Origin: an uncultured Roseivirgaceae bacterium | GTDB taxonomy: Bacteria > Bacteroidota > Bacteroidia > Cytophagales > Cyclobacteriaceae | Assembly: GCA_964389805.1 (NCBI GenBank) | Contig: CAYMFU010000019.1 | Coordinates: 5,679-69,678 of the forward strand | DNA length: 64,000 nt | Reading direction: 5' to 3' | Notes under the pieces: generated by a model | Databases searched by the model: none | The model's input: the letters and a program-made list of their open reading frames with translations, nothing else | What the model was told of the DNA's origin: nothing | Part shown: in pieces, positions 9,653 through 20,100 of the stretch | How positions within the stretch are numbered: the stretch's first letter is position 1 | Layout: every line of letters starts with the position of its first letter | Made by a program: the position numbers and the translations under genes

Positions 9653-10900
9653 CTAAAAATCTTTTATACTGGAAAACATAGCCAGAATATTTTCTACTGG
9701 TACTTCAGGTAAAATATTATGGACTTGCTGGAAGACAAATCCGCCTTCAGGAGATAATATTTCCAACTGTTTGTTCACATGATCATATACTTCCTCCGGG
9801 CTCCCCTCAGGTAAAACATGCTGTGTATCACATCCCCCACCCCAGAATACGATTTCTTTCCCAAAATCTTTTTTCAGTTGTTCGGCTTCCATGCCCCGCG
9901 CTGTTATCTGTACTGGATTTATGGTGTCGAGTCCGGCATCTATCAGGTCAGGTAGCAATTCCCGAACGCCACCACAGCAGTGCAACATAACTTTTACGTC
10001 AGCTAATTCTTTTGCTTTAGCCCACATGATCTTATGCCTTGGTTTAAAATATTCCCTGTACATTTCAGGTGACATCTGTGGTCCTGACTGCATGCCAAGA
10101 TCATCTCCAAAAAGGATAATATCAATATTATTTCCAACGGCTCCAAGGAACCTTTCAAGATTGTCCAGATGTATTTCCAGAAGTCTGTCGAGAAAATCAT
10201 GTATAGCTGGCGGGTCCATAGCCAGCATTAACAGAAACTGATCATTCCTGTATAACATTTGGCCGGTCTCTAACAAGTTACCCCCAAATAAACCAATAAT
10301 AGCCCGGTCAGTAGATTTGCGAAGCCTTGCTGCTGACTCTTTAAGTAGTTTTTCTCCTTCCTCACCGTCTGTCAGCGGGCCAGGGGGTGAAACCACAGTA
10401 TGCCACATCGACTCATCCATAGCAGCATGGATATCACTTCTGTCAGATCCTTCATCATAAAACGGATACCATAACTGTTCAAAAAACTGAGCCCTATCAG
10501 GCATTTGAGCTATTATCCGGCCAGTTTTACTTCTAATGATCCATCTTTTCTCTTCCCGTTCAGGATTTACCCATTTGGGAAGAAAACAATCCGTGCCATC
10601 AGGTAAAATCCAGGATCTCCAATCTTTATCCTCTGTTGCAAAGGCTCTTCCAAGTTCAATGGTATCAATGCCCAGAATATCCAGGACATCATTATCCAGA
10701 ACAGCCAATTGCTGGACAGGATCATAGATCCTCACCGGCGCGGGTTTTAAGCCAAGTGCCTTTCTTAATTTCGGATATATCGAAGCAGAAAGTCCGGAGG
10801 AGCGGTGTCCCGATAAATCCACAGGTACCCGGTCAGATGATTTAAATTCAAACGCTTTTAATACCCGTTCGCGTGATGTCATTTTTTTTGCTTGTTCCAT
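9653..10900 (-). CDS. uroporphyrinogen decarboxylase (URO-D) fold family protein, MtaA/CmuA-like, cytoplasmic
   Basis: MTSRERVLKAFEFKSSDRVPVD opening, internal ...ILFGDDLGMQSGPQMSPEMYREYF... and ...MLHCCGGVRELLPDLIDAGLDTINPVQ... are typical of the URO-D-like family. No signal peptide. An alternative start at 10882 (ATG) overlaps the GH38 TGA as ATGA. Confidence 0.8.
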   Translation of the reverse strand: MEQAKKMTSRERVLKAFEFKSSDRVPVDLSGHRSSGLSASIYPKLRKALGLKPAPVRIYDPVQQLAVLDNDVLDILGIDTIELGRAFATEDKDWRSWILPDGTDCFLPKWVNPEREEKRWIIRSKTGRIIAQMPDRAQFFEQLWYPFYDEGSDRSDIHAAMDESMWHTVVSPPGPLTDGEEGEKLLKESAARLRKSTDRAIIGLFGGNLLETGQMLYRNDQFLLMLAMDPPAIHDFLDRLLEIHLDNLERFLGAVGNNIDIILFGDDLGMQSGPQMSPEMYREYFKPRHKIMWAKAKELADVKVMLHCCGGVRELLPDLIDAGLDTINPVQITARGMEAEQLKKDFGKEIVFWGGGCDTQHVLPEGSPEEVYDHVNKQLEILSPEGGFVFQQVHNILPEVPVENILAMFSSIKDF

Positions 10901-13900
10901 GAGACTTTTAAAAAATGAACAGAATTAGGCTTAAATAAAACCTTACCATTTATATCATTAAGATGTTCGTCAAGGACATTTACCTCAGTCCAGTTAGAAT
11001 CAGGATAGAGGTTAAAAAACAGATCCGGATCGAATTCTGTTTCTTTACCAGAAATTTCCCGCAGTTGAAAAACGATACCTGTCCCCTTAGCAGAAGGTAT
11101 GGCATTAACCACCAAAAGATCAGTATCATCATATCCGAGAATGCTGGAGTATCCTATTTCTTCCTTGTTTTCCCCTTCCGGAAAAACTCTTCCAACCAAA
11201 GGGTTCCTGGATTGCCATCCGAAGGTTGTGGCCTTCAAAATACCGGGATCATCTGTTGAGGTTAAAAAATATCGCCATGTCAAGTTGCCTTCCTGGCTTG
11301 CCCTAAAATTAGTTGTCCAATAATTGTTAAGTACCCAGGAATAAATATGATTGGTTTCAGGATTATGATCGTAACTGAAATTCCCCAGGTTCATTCCCCC
11401 CAGGTGAAACAAGGGGATTTCGGGACTGACAAGTATTATTTGTCCTCCTTCAGATCTTATAGTAACAAAATTCTGCACTGTGTTCCAATCAGAAGCTGTT
11501 CCTGCGAGCTGGTCCTTGCCTGGCCTGACAACTCCTCCTTGTGCTTCGAAAATAATTTCCCCATTATCCTCCTTGAATGGAAAACCAACATACAGGGCTT
11601 CCGGCTCAGTAACTGCATTTTTAATGAGGGAGTAAGTCAATTCTATCAGTGGCTCGGTATTATAGAACCTGTATTCAATATTTACTGGTCCGCTTGAACA
11701 TCCTTCCAGGAGGCCTTTTACCTTGATAGCAGTCCAGATAGGGCCCTTTTCAATATCACTGAAAGATACATTCGCAAGACTTGTTCGCTCAGGTTCTTCA
11801 TGCAGGGTAAACAATTCCAATTGACGCCGGTTTTTTAATCTTTCATATATTAATTGTCCGGGTTTCCAGTCTGATTTTAAATCTGCCAATTCTTTTTTCC
11901 TGGCTTTATCAAATAAGGAACTGAAACCCCCTGTTTCAGGATCAAGAGTTATTGACCAGAAATCATTTTCAAATTTTCCTTGAAATGGTTCAGTTTTTTT
12001 GGATACTTTTTTGCCATCCTGATTTTTAATGATCAGTGATTTGTAACCCATTGATGGAACATCCTCTACCCATAACACCCAATATGTACCATCCGACCGG
12101 CTGGATACAGATTGTACTTGAACAGGATTGCCCTCCTGATCGTTTATCGAAAAGGTTGAACCAGGTTCAAGGATCTCATGATCGATATACACTTCGACCA
12201 ATCCTGACCTGGTTTGATTTAAAGTATTAAATACAGTTATTGAAGGGTCTGAATACCTCGGAATATGTTCCTGTAGCAATCCAAATGCTTCTTCTCTCAA
12301 TATCCTCGAATGCTTTAATGCCTCCCAGGCATAGGAAGACTTCTCAGCCCATTGAACCATACTGTTCTCTGAATAAGGATCTGAAATACTTTCAGCTGCA
12401 CCGAAAGTATGTTCATCGTAAAATAAAATATTTCTATAGATTTGATCTATATCCATATGAATCCTTGGATTTAATTCCTGGCCAAAGGCAGTGCCCATCG
12501 CCAATAAGCCGGTTGTTACATTCATTTCCGTCTGGGCTTCACGGATCGCAGCGGTTTCCCTTGCTGCCGATCCAAAACCATCCGTCCACCAGTCCGGCCA
12601 TGCTTTTTGATAGGTCTCCAGTTCATTCCTATGGTGGGTGTCAATATATTCCATAAACTCACTGGCGGTTGCACTTCTTAACCTGGGCCATATAAATTGT
12701 TCATTCCATTCTTTGATTACCCTATTGGGGGTCAGGGCAGGAGGAGAATTATCTGTAACATATCCGGAATATTGTAAAGCCAGGTGATCGAAAGGGTAAT
12801 TTTTCTCTTCAAGCATTGTCAGATAGTTCAGAAGGTTGAATTTGAAATTATCTATATCACCTGTATGAAGAAGTAATGCATTCCCATGCATATAATGCTC
12901 TCCCCGGAAGGCCAGCATTTTTTTACCCGATGGAGATTGCCACCAGAAAGAGGTTGGCTTATCAAAAGGTATAAGTGCACGATGCCCATGTTCACCCATT
13001 ATCAGGTATTTCACTCCTGCATCAGGCAAGTAATCAGCCATACACCAGCCTATGCCATTCACATCATCCTGCATAACTGTTTTTACTTCGATCCCGGACT
13101 CATGAAAAAGCTTTAGAGGCTTTAACAAATTCTTCAGACTTGTCTCATCTGCAATCTCAGACATATTAAATAGCATCCCGGTTACCTCGATTCTACCTTC
13201 TTCAATTCTATTCAAAAGTCTTTTGATTTTACTTTCAGGTCTTTTAAGCAGGTATTGTTCAACCGCCCAGGCAGATTCGCAAGTCCACCGGAATTTGGCA
13301 TCATCGGGATAATCATCCGTCAGGTCACAATAATCCAGAGCATAATCAATAAACCTCAGGTGTTCTGGCAAAATCTCACTTTGTGGTCTGGTATATCCGA
13401 TATCAGTGTGTGTATGTTGAACAAAATATATGGTCCATGGCCTGATTGGTTCTATTTTGCATGTTTTCCTAATAACTGGATCATCCCCGATCTTTATATT
13501 CACTGGCAAATCCGTTTCTTTATTCGTTTCAGGAACAAAATATTGAAAAGCATTGTATCCTGGTTCCGCATTAAAATAAGCTTCCTCCACCTGGTCATCA
13601 ATTTTGATGGAAACCTCTCTTGTATCCTCCAGGTTTACGAGTTCAACAAGGACAGCCTGCTGCTTATTACCGTTTCTTTTAATTAATATATTTTGGGGCC
13701 GGATTGAAAGCTCGTTTTCAATTTGATATTTGAAGGTCATATACCATATATTACTTCCACCAGATTCACCTTTAGCCTGAAACAAAACAGGTTTTCCGGG
13801 TTCAGCCAAAATAGAGGGCATGGTGAATATCGCGTAGCCCATAACATCCTTGTTTCTGTCTATCTTTGTAGTACGAAATCTTAATGAAGAGCCCTCTTTT

Positions 13901-14280
13901 CCTTTAATCGTAATATCGTTCTTTTCCGCTATCAGAGGATTAGTAAAATTCACCAGGTCTTTCCCATTAGCAGACAAAACAAAACGGTGCTGGTCCGAAG
14001 AAGCATCCATCCCAAACATCCATACAAAGGAGATGTTTTGCTGATCCAGGTTTTCGGGTACAATTGATGACTCCCACTGGATAAAGTTTGTCGAATCCTG
14101 TGAACGAATTAATAATGCTTCTTTAGCCCTTGGATCAGGAGCTTGATATGAAATTTCATCTCCTGATATCTTTTTACTGAATCCGTTTAGAAATTTACCA
14201 TTTCGGGCAAAGTTATAATCGACTGTTACAACCAGGATAAATAAACTTATAATAAGAAGACGAAAAAATTGCATACACAT
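10879..14280 (-). CDS. GH38-family alpha-mannosidase-like glycoside hydrolase, secreted
   Basis: Signal peptide MCMQFFRLLIISLFILVV. FVQHTHTDIGYTRPQ matches the GH38 HxHxDxGW/Y metal-site motif. The 1133-aa multi-domain length is typical, with an extra N-terminal region of roughly 270 aa. Confidence 0.8.
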   Translation of the reverse strand: MCMQFFRLLIISLFILVVTVDYNFARNGKFLNGFSKKISGDEISYQAPDPRAKEALLIRSQDSTNFIQWESSIVPENLDQQNISFVWMFGMDASSDQHRFVLSANGKDLVNFTNPLIAEKNDITIKGKEGSSLRFRTTKIDRNKDVMGYAIFTMPSILAEPGKPVLFQAKGESGGSNIWYMTFKYQIENELSIRPQNILIKRNGNKQQAVLVELVNLEDTREVSIKIDDQVEEAYFNAEPGYNAFQYFVPETNKETDLPVNIKIGDDPVIRKTCKIEPIRPWTIYFVQHTHTDIGYTRPQSEILPEHLRFIDYALDYCDLTDDYPDDAKFRWTCESAWAVEQYLLKRPESKIKRLLNRIEEGRIEVTGMLFNMSEIADETSLKNLLKPLKLFHESGIEVKTVMQDDVNGIGWCMADYLPDAGVKYLIMGEHGHRALIPFDKPTSFWWQSPSGKKMLAFRGEHYMHGNALLLHTGDIDNFKFNLLNYLTMLEEKNYPFDHLALQYSGYVTDNSPPALTPNRVIKEWNEQFIWPRLRSATASEFMEYIDTHHRNELETYQKAWPDWWTDGFGSAARETAAIREAQTEMNVTTGLLAMGTAFGQELNPRIHMDIDQIYRNILFYDEHTFGAAESISDPYSENSMVQWAEKSSYAWEALKHSRILREEAFGLLQEHIPRYSDPSITVFNTLNQTRSGLVEVYIDHEILEPGSTFSINDQEGNPVQVQSVSSRSDGTYWVLWVEDVPSMGYKSLIIKNQDGKKVSKKTEPFQGKFENDFWSITLDPETGGFSSLFDKARKKELADLKSDWKPGQLIYERLKNRRQLELFTLHEEPERTSLANVSFSDIEKGPIWTAIKVKGLLEGCSSGPVNIEYRFYNTEPLIELTYSLIKNAVTEPEALYVGFPFKEDNGEIIFEAQGGVVRPGKDQLAGTASDWNTVQNFVTIRSEGGQIILVSPEIPLFHLGGMNLGNFSYDHNPETNHIYSWVLNNYWTTNFRASQEGNLTWRYFLTSTDDPGILKATTFGWQSRNPLVGRVFPEGENKEEIGYSSILGYDDTDLLVVNAIPSAKGTGIVFQLREISGKETEFDPDLFFNLYPDSNWTEVNVLDEHLNDINGKVLFKPNSVHFLKVSWNKQKK
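10882..10889 (-). other. A8 run forming an A_AAA_AAA heptamer at the GH38 stop / URO-D-like start junction (ATGA overlap)
   Basis: The minus strand reads AAC AAG CAA AAA AAA TGA in the GH38 frame and GCA AAA AAA ATG ACA in the -1 frame, which is the URO-D-like ORF. Confidence 0.5.
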
Positions 14281-14467
14281 ATTGAAAAATAAAATTGGAC
14301 AAAAACCATTGTTTTGTCTAAGTTAATAAAAATATCACATTCGACGAATAAATGGCCAGGTCTAAAACAAATCCATCGATTTTATGGGAAATGATTGTTT
14401 TACAATCGTATTTTTTTAATTTTTAGACATAAAATCCATTTTTTCATCATCTAATACAATAAAAATA

Positions 14468-15667
14468 GTGAGCACAATCCAGGAAAACACAACCCGTCGT
14501 ATACTTTCAATAGATATTTTCAGGGGCTTAACGATCCTGGTTATGATTTTCGTTAACGATCTTGCTGGAATAAAAGGATTGCCCTGGTGGAACTATCACA
14601 TCCCACCCGGAGAACAGGGATTGACATACGTGGATGTAGTATTTCCAGCTTTCCTGTTTATAGTAGGAATGGCCATTCCTCTAGCTATAGAAAAAAGAGA
14701 GGCAAAAGGTGATTCTATTCTGATAATATTATATCATATCGTAATCCGTTCATTAAGCCTTGTAGTACTTGGATTGTTGATTATGAATGGAAGGGACATG
14801 GATCCCGCGTCCACAGGCATCAGTTACACAGCCTGGAATGTACTCATGTTTATCGGGGTAATCCTTTTATGGAATAATTATCCAAAAACCAATAAGAAGT
14901 CTGAACACATATTCAGCATTTTAAAATGGAGCGGTTTGATTATCCTTCTAATCCTTTTATTTATCTATCGTAGAGATGTTGATGGAGAGATCCTCTGGAT
15001 AAATAAAAAGAACTGGTCGATCTTAGGGGCTATAGGGTGGGCATATTTATCGGTTTGTATATTGTTTCTTGTTTTAAAAGGAAAATTCAAGTTCCTGGCT
15101 ATATCATTGATATTATTGGTTGCGCTCAATGTAATGACAAAAGCTGGATGGGCTGATTTTATCCGGTACATCCCGAAAATTTTATGGCCATTCGGAAGTG
15201 GTTCACTAGCTTCCATAACCATGGCCGGTCTGTTGCTTTCTATGATATTCATTAAAAATGATATCACATCAACATTAAAACTAAAAATAACTTGGGGAAT
15301 CGGTTATGCAATAATACTTTTTCTGGCGGGTTGGTTATTGTTGCCCTTTGGCCTGGCAAAAATAGGAAGCACCCCAAGTTACACACTATTTTCATCAGGT
15401 ATATGCATACTTCTGTTTATTCTAATGTATGTAGTGGTTGACATTAAAGGCCATTCAAGGTGGGCATCGTTTTTGAAGCCTGCTGGTTCAAATCCGCTAT
15501 TAACTTACATATTACCCGATATTTATTATGCCATTTTGGGTTTAACTCATGCTAATATCATCAATCCGGAAGGCTGGCCCGGGGTGCTGAGGGCGTTGAT
15601 ATTTTCGTTGTTCATTCTGGCTATTTCGGCATTAATGACCCGGCTAAAGATCAGGCTGCAATTGTAA
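14468..15667 (+). CDS. DUF5009 / heparan-alpha-glucosaminide N-acetyltransferase (HGSNAT)-like polytopic membrane acyltransferase
   Basis: GTG start. RILSIDIFRGLTILVMIFVN opening and about 10-11 hydrophobic segments match the COG4299/DUF5009 family as I remember it. Confidence 0.7.
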   Translation: MSTIQENTTRRILSIDIFRGLTILVMIFVNDLAGIKGLPWWNYHIPPGEQGLTYVDVVFPAFLFIVGMAIPLAIEKREAKGDSILIILYHIVIRSLSLVVLGLLIMNGRDMDPASTGISYTAWNVLMFIGVILLWNNYPKTNKKSEHIFSILKWSGLIILLILLFIYRRDVDGEILWINKKNWSILGAIGWAYLSVCILFLVLKGKFKFLAISLILLVALNVMTKAGWADFIRYIPKILWPFGSGSLASITMAGLLLSMIFIKNDITSTLKLKITWGIGYAIILFLAGWLLLPFGLAKIGSTPSYTLFSSGICILLFILMYVVVDIKGHSRWASFLKPAGSNPLLTYILPDIYYAILGLTHANIINPEGWPGVLRALIFSLFILAISALMTRLKIRLQL

Positions 15668-15879
15668 GACGATTCTAATGCCTGTGGAGTAAGTTATATT
15701 ATTCAGGAACTTAAGGGATCTCAAGAATTGATCAACTCTATTAATTATTTCGTCACTTAATCTTTTAGGAATATCTGGCGCTTCTAATAACGAACTACCG
15801 TAATAAATTCTTTCAATAGCCCGGAAATTATAAATTTACGAGTGATCTTAATAGTATAAAAATAGAATCCTCTGTAATA

Positions 15880-17055
15880 CTAGTGTTCTGATACTACCTT
15901 ATGAATGGCCTCAAGCAGGCCATCTTTCTCCGCATCGCCTCTTAATTGCCAGAACATGATCCCACCCAGGCCCTTTTCAATCGCATATTCAGTTTTTAAC
16001 TTGATAGATATCTTGTCTTCATAAGTTATAAACTTCTTTTCCTCTTTATTATACAGGTATGGGGCTTTTGCTATGGGATCCCAATATCTTACAAAACCGT
16101 TTTTATTTTCAAATTCTTTTATAATTATTGAATACGATCCTACACTATAGCCTCCTTCATGGGGTTGATACAATCCATTGTTATCTGAAGATACACCTTT
16201 CCAGCCTTTTCCATAAAAAGCACCGCCAATAACAATCTGTTTTGGGTCAACGCTCTTATCTATGCAAAAGTTAATGATCTTTTCTGCCGATCTTGGATCC
16301 AACTCATAACCCCGCTCTTCAGTAATGCTTTCTGCTGGTGTATTTTTTATATGTTCAGGCTTTACCCAACCCAGGTTCGTATGGTGCGCTGTATAAGGTG
16401 TCCCACCACCAACATTGTCGTATGTCATCACATTCATGTAATCGGCATACTTCATAACCTCTTCCAGTTCCACGTAATTATAATAGTTTTTCCAACCTGC
16501 AGATGCAAAAGTAAGTACAAACTTTTTACCAGTAGCGTCCATAGCTTCTCTAAGTTCTCTCATTAGATGCGTGAAATTTTCCCTGTCTTCTGGCATATAA
16601 GGATTTCCGGCACCGTACATCCCCGGATATTCCCAATCCATATCCAATCCATCAAGATCATATTCTTCAAGAAATTCAATGGCGCTCTTAACAAATTTTT
16701 TCCGGTTTTCAGAAGTTGCCGCCATATCGGAAAATCCTCCGGAACCGCCCCATCCTCCACATGCAATCATAACTTTAAGATTAGGATGATTTTTTTTCTG
16801 GTCTACCAATAATGTTAATTTCTCGCCTGAAGCGATATTCCTGAATTGCATTTCATTATCTACCACCTCGGTGAAAGAGAAAATAATATGCGTTAACTTT
16901 TCTAAAGGAAGGTCCTGTGGCATGTAATTCTCACTTGGGGCCATATAGTAGCCCATCACATTAATTTGACCGGGATTATCATTACTCTTTATTTCAAAAC
17001 AAGAAAGCAGAATAATTATGATTGAGAAATAAAAGGTTTTTTTCAACGCTTTCAT
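15880..17055 (-). CDS. GH18 glycoside hydrolase (chitinase-like), lipoprotein
   Basis: DGLDMDWEYPG (DxxDxDxE catalytic motif), FSF, GGWGGS, MTYD and GIMFWQL motifs. Start moved to MKALKKTFYFSIIIILLSC (lipobox-like). Confidence 0.88.
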   Translation of the reverse strand: MKALKKTFYFSIIIILLSCFEIKSNDNPGQINVMGYYMAPSENYMPQDLPLEKLTHIIFSFTEVVDNEMQFRNIASGEKLTLLVDQKKNHPNLKVMIACGGWGGSGGFSDMAATSENRKKFVKSAIEFLEEYDLDGLDMDWEYPGMYGAGNPYMPEDRENFTHLMRELREAMDATGKKFVLTFASAGWKNYYNYVELEEVMKYADYMNVMTYDNVGGGTPYTAHHTNLGWVKPEHIKNTPAESITEERGYELDPRSAEKIINFCIDKSVDPKQIVIGGAFYGKGWKGVSSDNNGLYQPHEGGYSVGSYSIIIKEFENKNGFVRYWDPIAKAPYLYNKEEKKFITYEDKISIKLKTEYAIEKGLGGIMFWQLRGDAEKDGLLEAIHKVVSEH

Positions 17056-17141
17056 GATATCTAAAAATTTGGATGGATAAAATCTAAAAAACAATGTGAT
17101 CAATATCGGTATTTTAATGTTGACATTCAAGTAGATCTCCA

Positions 17142-20100
17142 CTATTGGATAACCACCATTTTTTTGGTGTCGATCAATTGATTATCAACAATCATAGAAT
17201 AAAAGTAAATACCGGTAGGTAAAAGGCTTGTGTCATAGTAGAAGTGATACGCTGACTTTTCCTTAAATCCGTTTATCAGGTTTGAAATTTGCCGTCCATA
17301 AATATCGTATAGTTGGATACTTAAATATCCAGGTTCCTGCATAGAAAAAGAGATTTGGGTAACTGACAGGCTGGGATTCGGATAATTCTGCGATAAACTG
17401 TGATTTTCAATGGTATTTGAGAAATTTTGCCTGCCCGGGGTACCTAAGCTGAAGGAGGCTTTCCAGTTTTCAGCCAGTTCATTGTACAGTGCTGGATCTA
17501 TCAGCTCTAAAGTTGGTCCCATACCATCAGGCTCTATTGGCCAGGGTGCCTCATCATCGTATGGAACCTCATCTATTAAATAAAGATTGGGTGAATATAA
17601 ACGGATGGTTTCACCTCCATTACTTAATCCAAATCCAAGGTTCCCAATAAGCTTAATTGAATCCTTGTGAACTGATTCAAAGGCCACAATATCTTCACAT
17701 ATAACCAGATATCCATTGGGGCTTATTTCATATCCTGCAGGAAAATTAAAAATATGCTCATCATTGTCATCTCTAATAGTCCAGCCCGAAAGATCTATTA
17801 TTTCATCTTTTCTGTTGTATAATTCAATCCAGTCACCTGGGTTTTCCTCTTCGCCCGAGTGATAGTTAATTTCATTGATAACAATCCCCGGATCAGGTTC
17901 AGTTGGATCATTAAAATACGCTATAAGGGAAAAATTCTTTTCAGGCGATATATTAACGACCTGGTCATTAAGGATCTTTGCTTCCTCTCCATCAATGACA
18001 TATTCCCAATGTGAAAAACTATAGCCAATGGATGAAATGGCTTTAACTTCAATTGGAACACCCTGGAAATATTCGCCAATATGGTACTCCTCTGTCATGT
18101 TCTGACCAACGACCTTTATCCTGCCAGCTTCCATCTGATTGTTGACAATGGTCATTCTCACCATACCGTCTAACCAGAATTTATTTATAACATGTTCCCT
18201 TGCATAAGGTCTCCTTTCCGAAACAAATCCCTTCATTCGGTCAATTTGATATTCCCATTCTTCCATTGAATTAAATGTTGGGCCTATCCAATGCTCGGGA
18301 TTGGGTACGGTCTGCCCTCCCCATCTTGTGATATGCCTTGGAATCTCCGCCTCAATATTGGCTTTCATGGAATCTATATAATGATGAACCCTGCTAGCTG
18401 AAAAGGTTGTATTCATATGCCAGGCATAACGTTGAATGAATTCATCCTTAAATCGCTCATTGATTAACAATCTCCTGAATAACTGTGTAGACCAGGGTGG
18501 ATTCGGCCATCCACAATCACAGTTAGGATCGGTAGCTAGTTCAAGGGTATTCCTATCGGTATAAAAAAAGCAATTATCAAGATCATAAATGATCCATCTC
18601 CATTTATCATAAGGACCAGAATCGGCCCGCCAGAACTTTATATTGTTTCCTGGCCAATCATTGGCTGAAAGATATATCTCTGCAATCTGATAATCAATGT
18701 AATTTGTCAAATTCATTTTGCTGTCAACATAATCATAATCCCGATCCATTGTCATATCCTGTCTGCTGACATAATTGATCATAGTATTATAATGATCTGC
18801 ACTACCATGCATGATGTTCCATGGTTGTTCCGGATTTCTTTTCAAAAGATTTATTTCATCAGAATCAAGATTATAGTTCCCTGCAGCATAATGCTCGTTT
18901 ATCTTTTCCCTGATATTATGAATACCCCAATATTGTCCATTTATAAAGACCACAGCAGGGCGATAGGCTTGCTGGTCAATATCCATATCCTCCAGAATGG
19001 CCTGCCCCATGGCATCTTTAAACATGGTATACCGGCAATCATCTGCTGAGCTCCTGAGTATAAAACTTTCAAATTCGTAAATGGGCTTATCTTTAAAAAG
19101 CTGTACATCGAATGATCCCTTTCCATACACCGACCTTGCATGCAATGCCAGGGATTTTTGAGGATACCGAGTTCTTGAACAACCACCGAAGATCTTTACT
19201 CCTGCCCGCTGGTTTAGCTCACGTGTGCCATTCACATCATACAACTCAATATTTATAGGACGCTCCCAGTCCATGTTTACATTCATTGGAGTATCGGTAC
19301 AATAACCGGGTTTGCCATTGGTACCTATCACATAGATCCCAATTTCATCATCAAACAAATTGTCAGGCTCGGTCACAAGTGATATAAAAGGCAGATTGAT
19401 TTCTTCATCAATGAAATACGTTTGAGTTATAATATTGCCAGGCAATTTTCCATCAGAATAAGTCCTTATTCGTAACGCTGTGGTCGTATCAATGATGATA
19501 GGCTGCACATATACCGGATCGGTATTTCCCGGAACGGTGCCATCCAGGGTATAGTGAATTTGAGTGCCTGGATCTAAAGCAGTGATACTGATCGATTGGC
19601 TGCCTGAATAAAAGCCCCCCGGAATTGAAACGGAAGGTTTTTCAGACCTTCCAGAAATATAGATGCTGGAATTAATGTAACCAGGAGTGCCGTCTTCATA
19701 AAATACCCATTCCTGAAGATTGTCAATTCGACGACCATAAGATAATTCATCTTCCTGATATCCATAACTCAGAGAATCAATCGCATTTCCCAGTTCGTCA
19801 TAGAATCCAATAAATTCACCTGCCCGGCCCAGCTTAAAATTAGTATGGTTGAATTCATTCAAATCATCAGCCCAGAATAATGTGTATTCTCCTGCATGAA
19901 GCACGATATCAAAGGATATTTGCCATTTATTGGGTAGCAGTGGGTTATCTGTAAGAAAATATCCACTTATGTCAACATCTGTTGAACCGGCATTGTATAT
20001 CTCGATCCAATCACCATATGCACCTGAATAGGGATTTTTCACCAGGGAATCGCTACTGGCCTGGAATTCATTAATGTAAAGTTCTGCTGGTTGTGATAAA

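Noticed and set aside
12240-13686. 138-aa and 143-aa plus-strand ORFs inside GH38
   Set aside because: They are antisense shadows of a well-supported 1133-aa gene. The same reasoning applies to the other 60-140-aa antisense ORFs in the track (e.g. 49937..50332, 58453..58872, 27469..27861, 22561..22917).
17056-17142. Upstream extension of the GH18 ORF, abutting the CotH stop
   Set aside because: The lipoprotein signal MKALKKTFYFSIIIILLSC starts at 17055.
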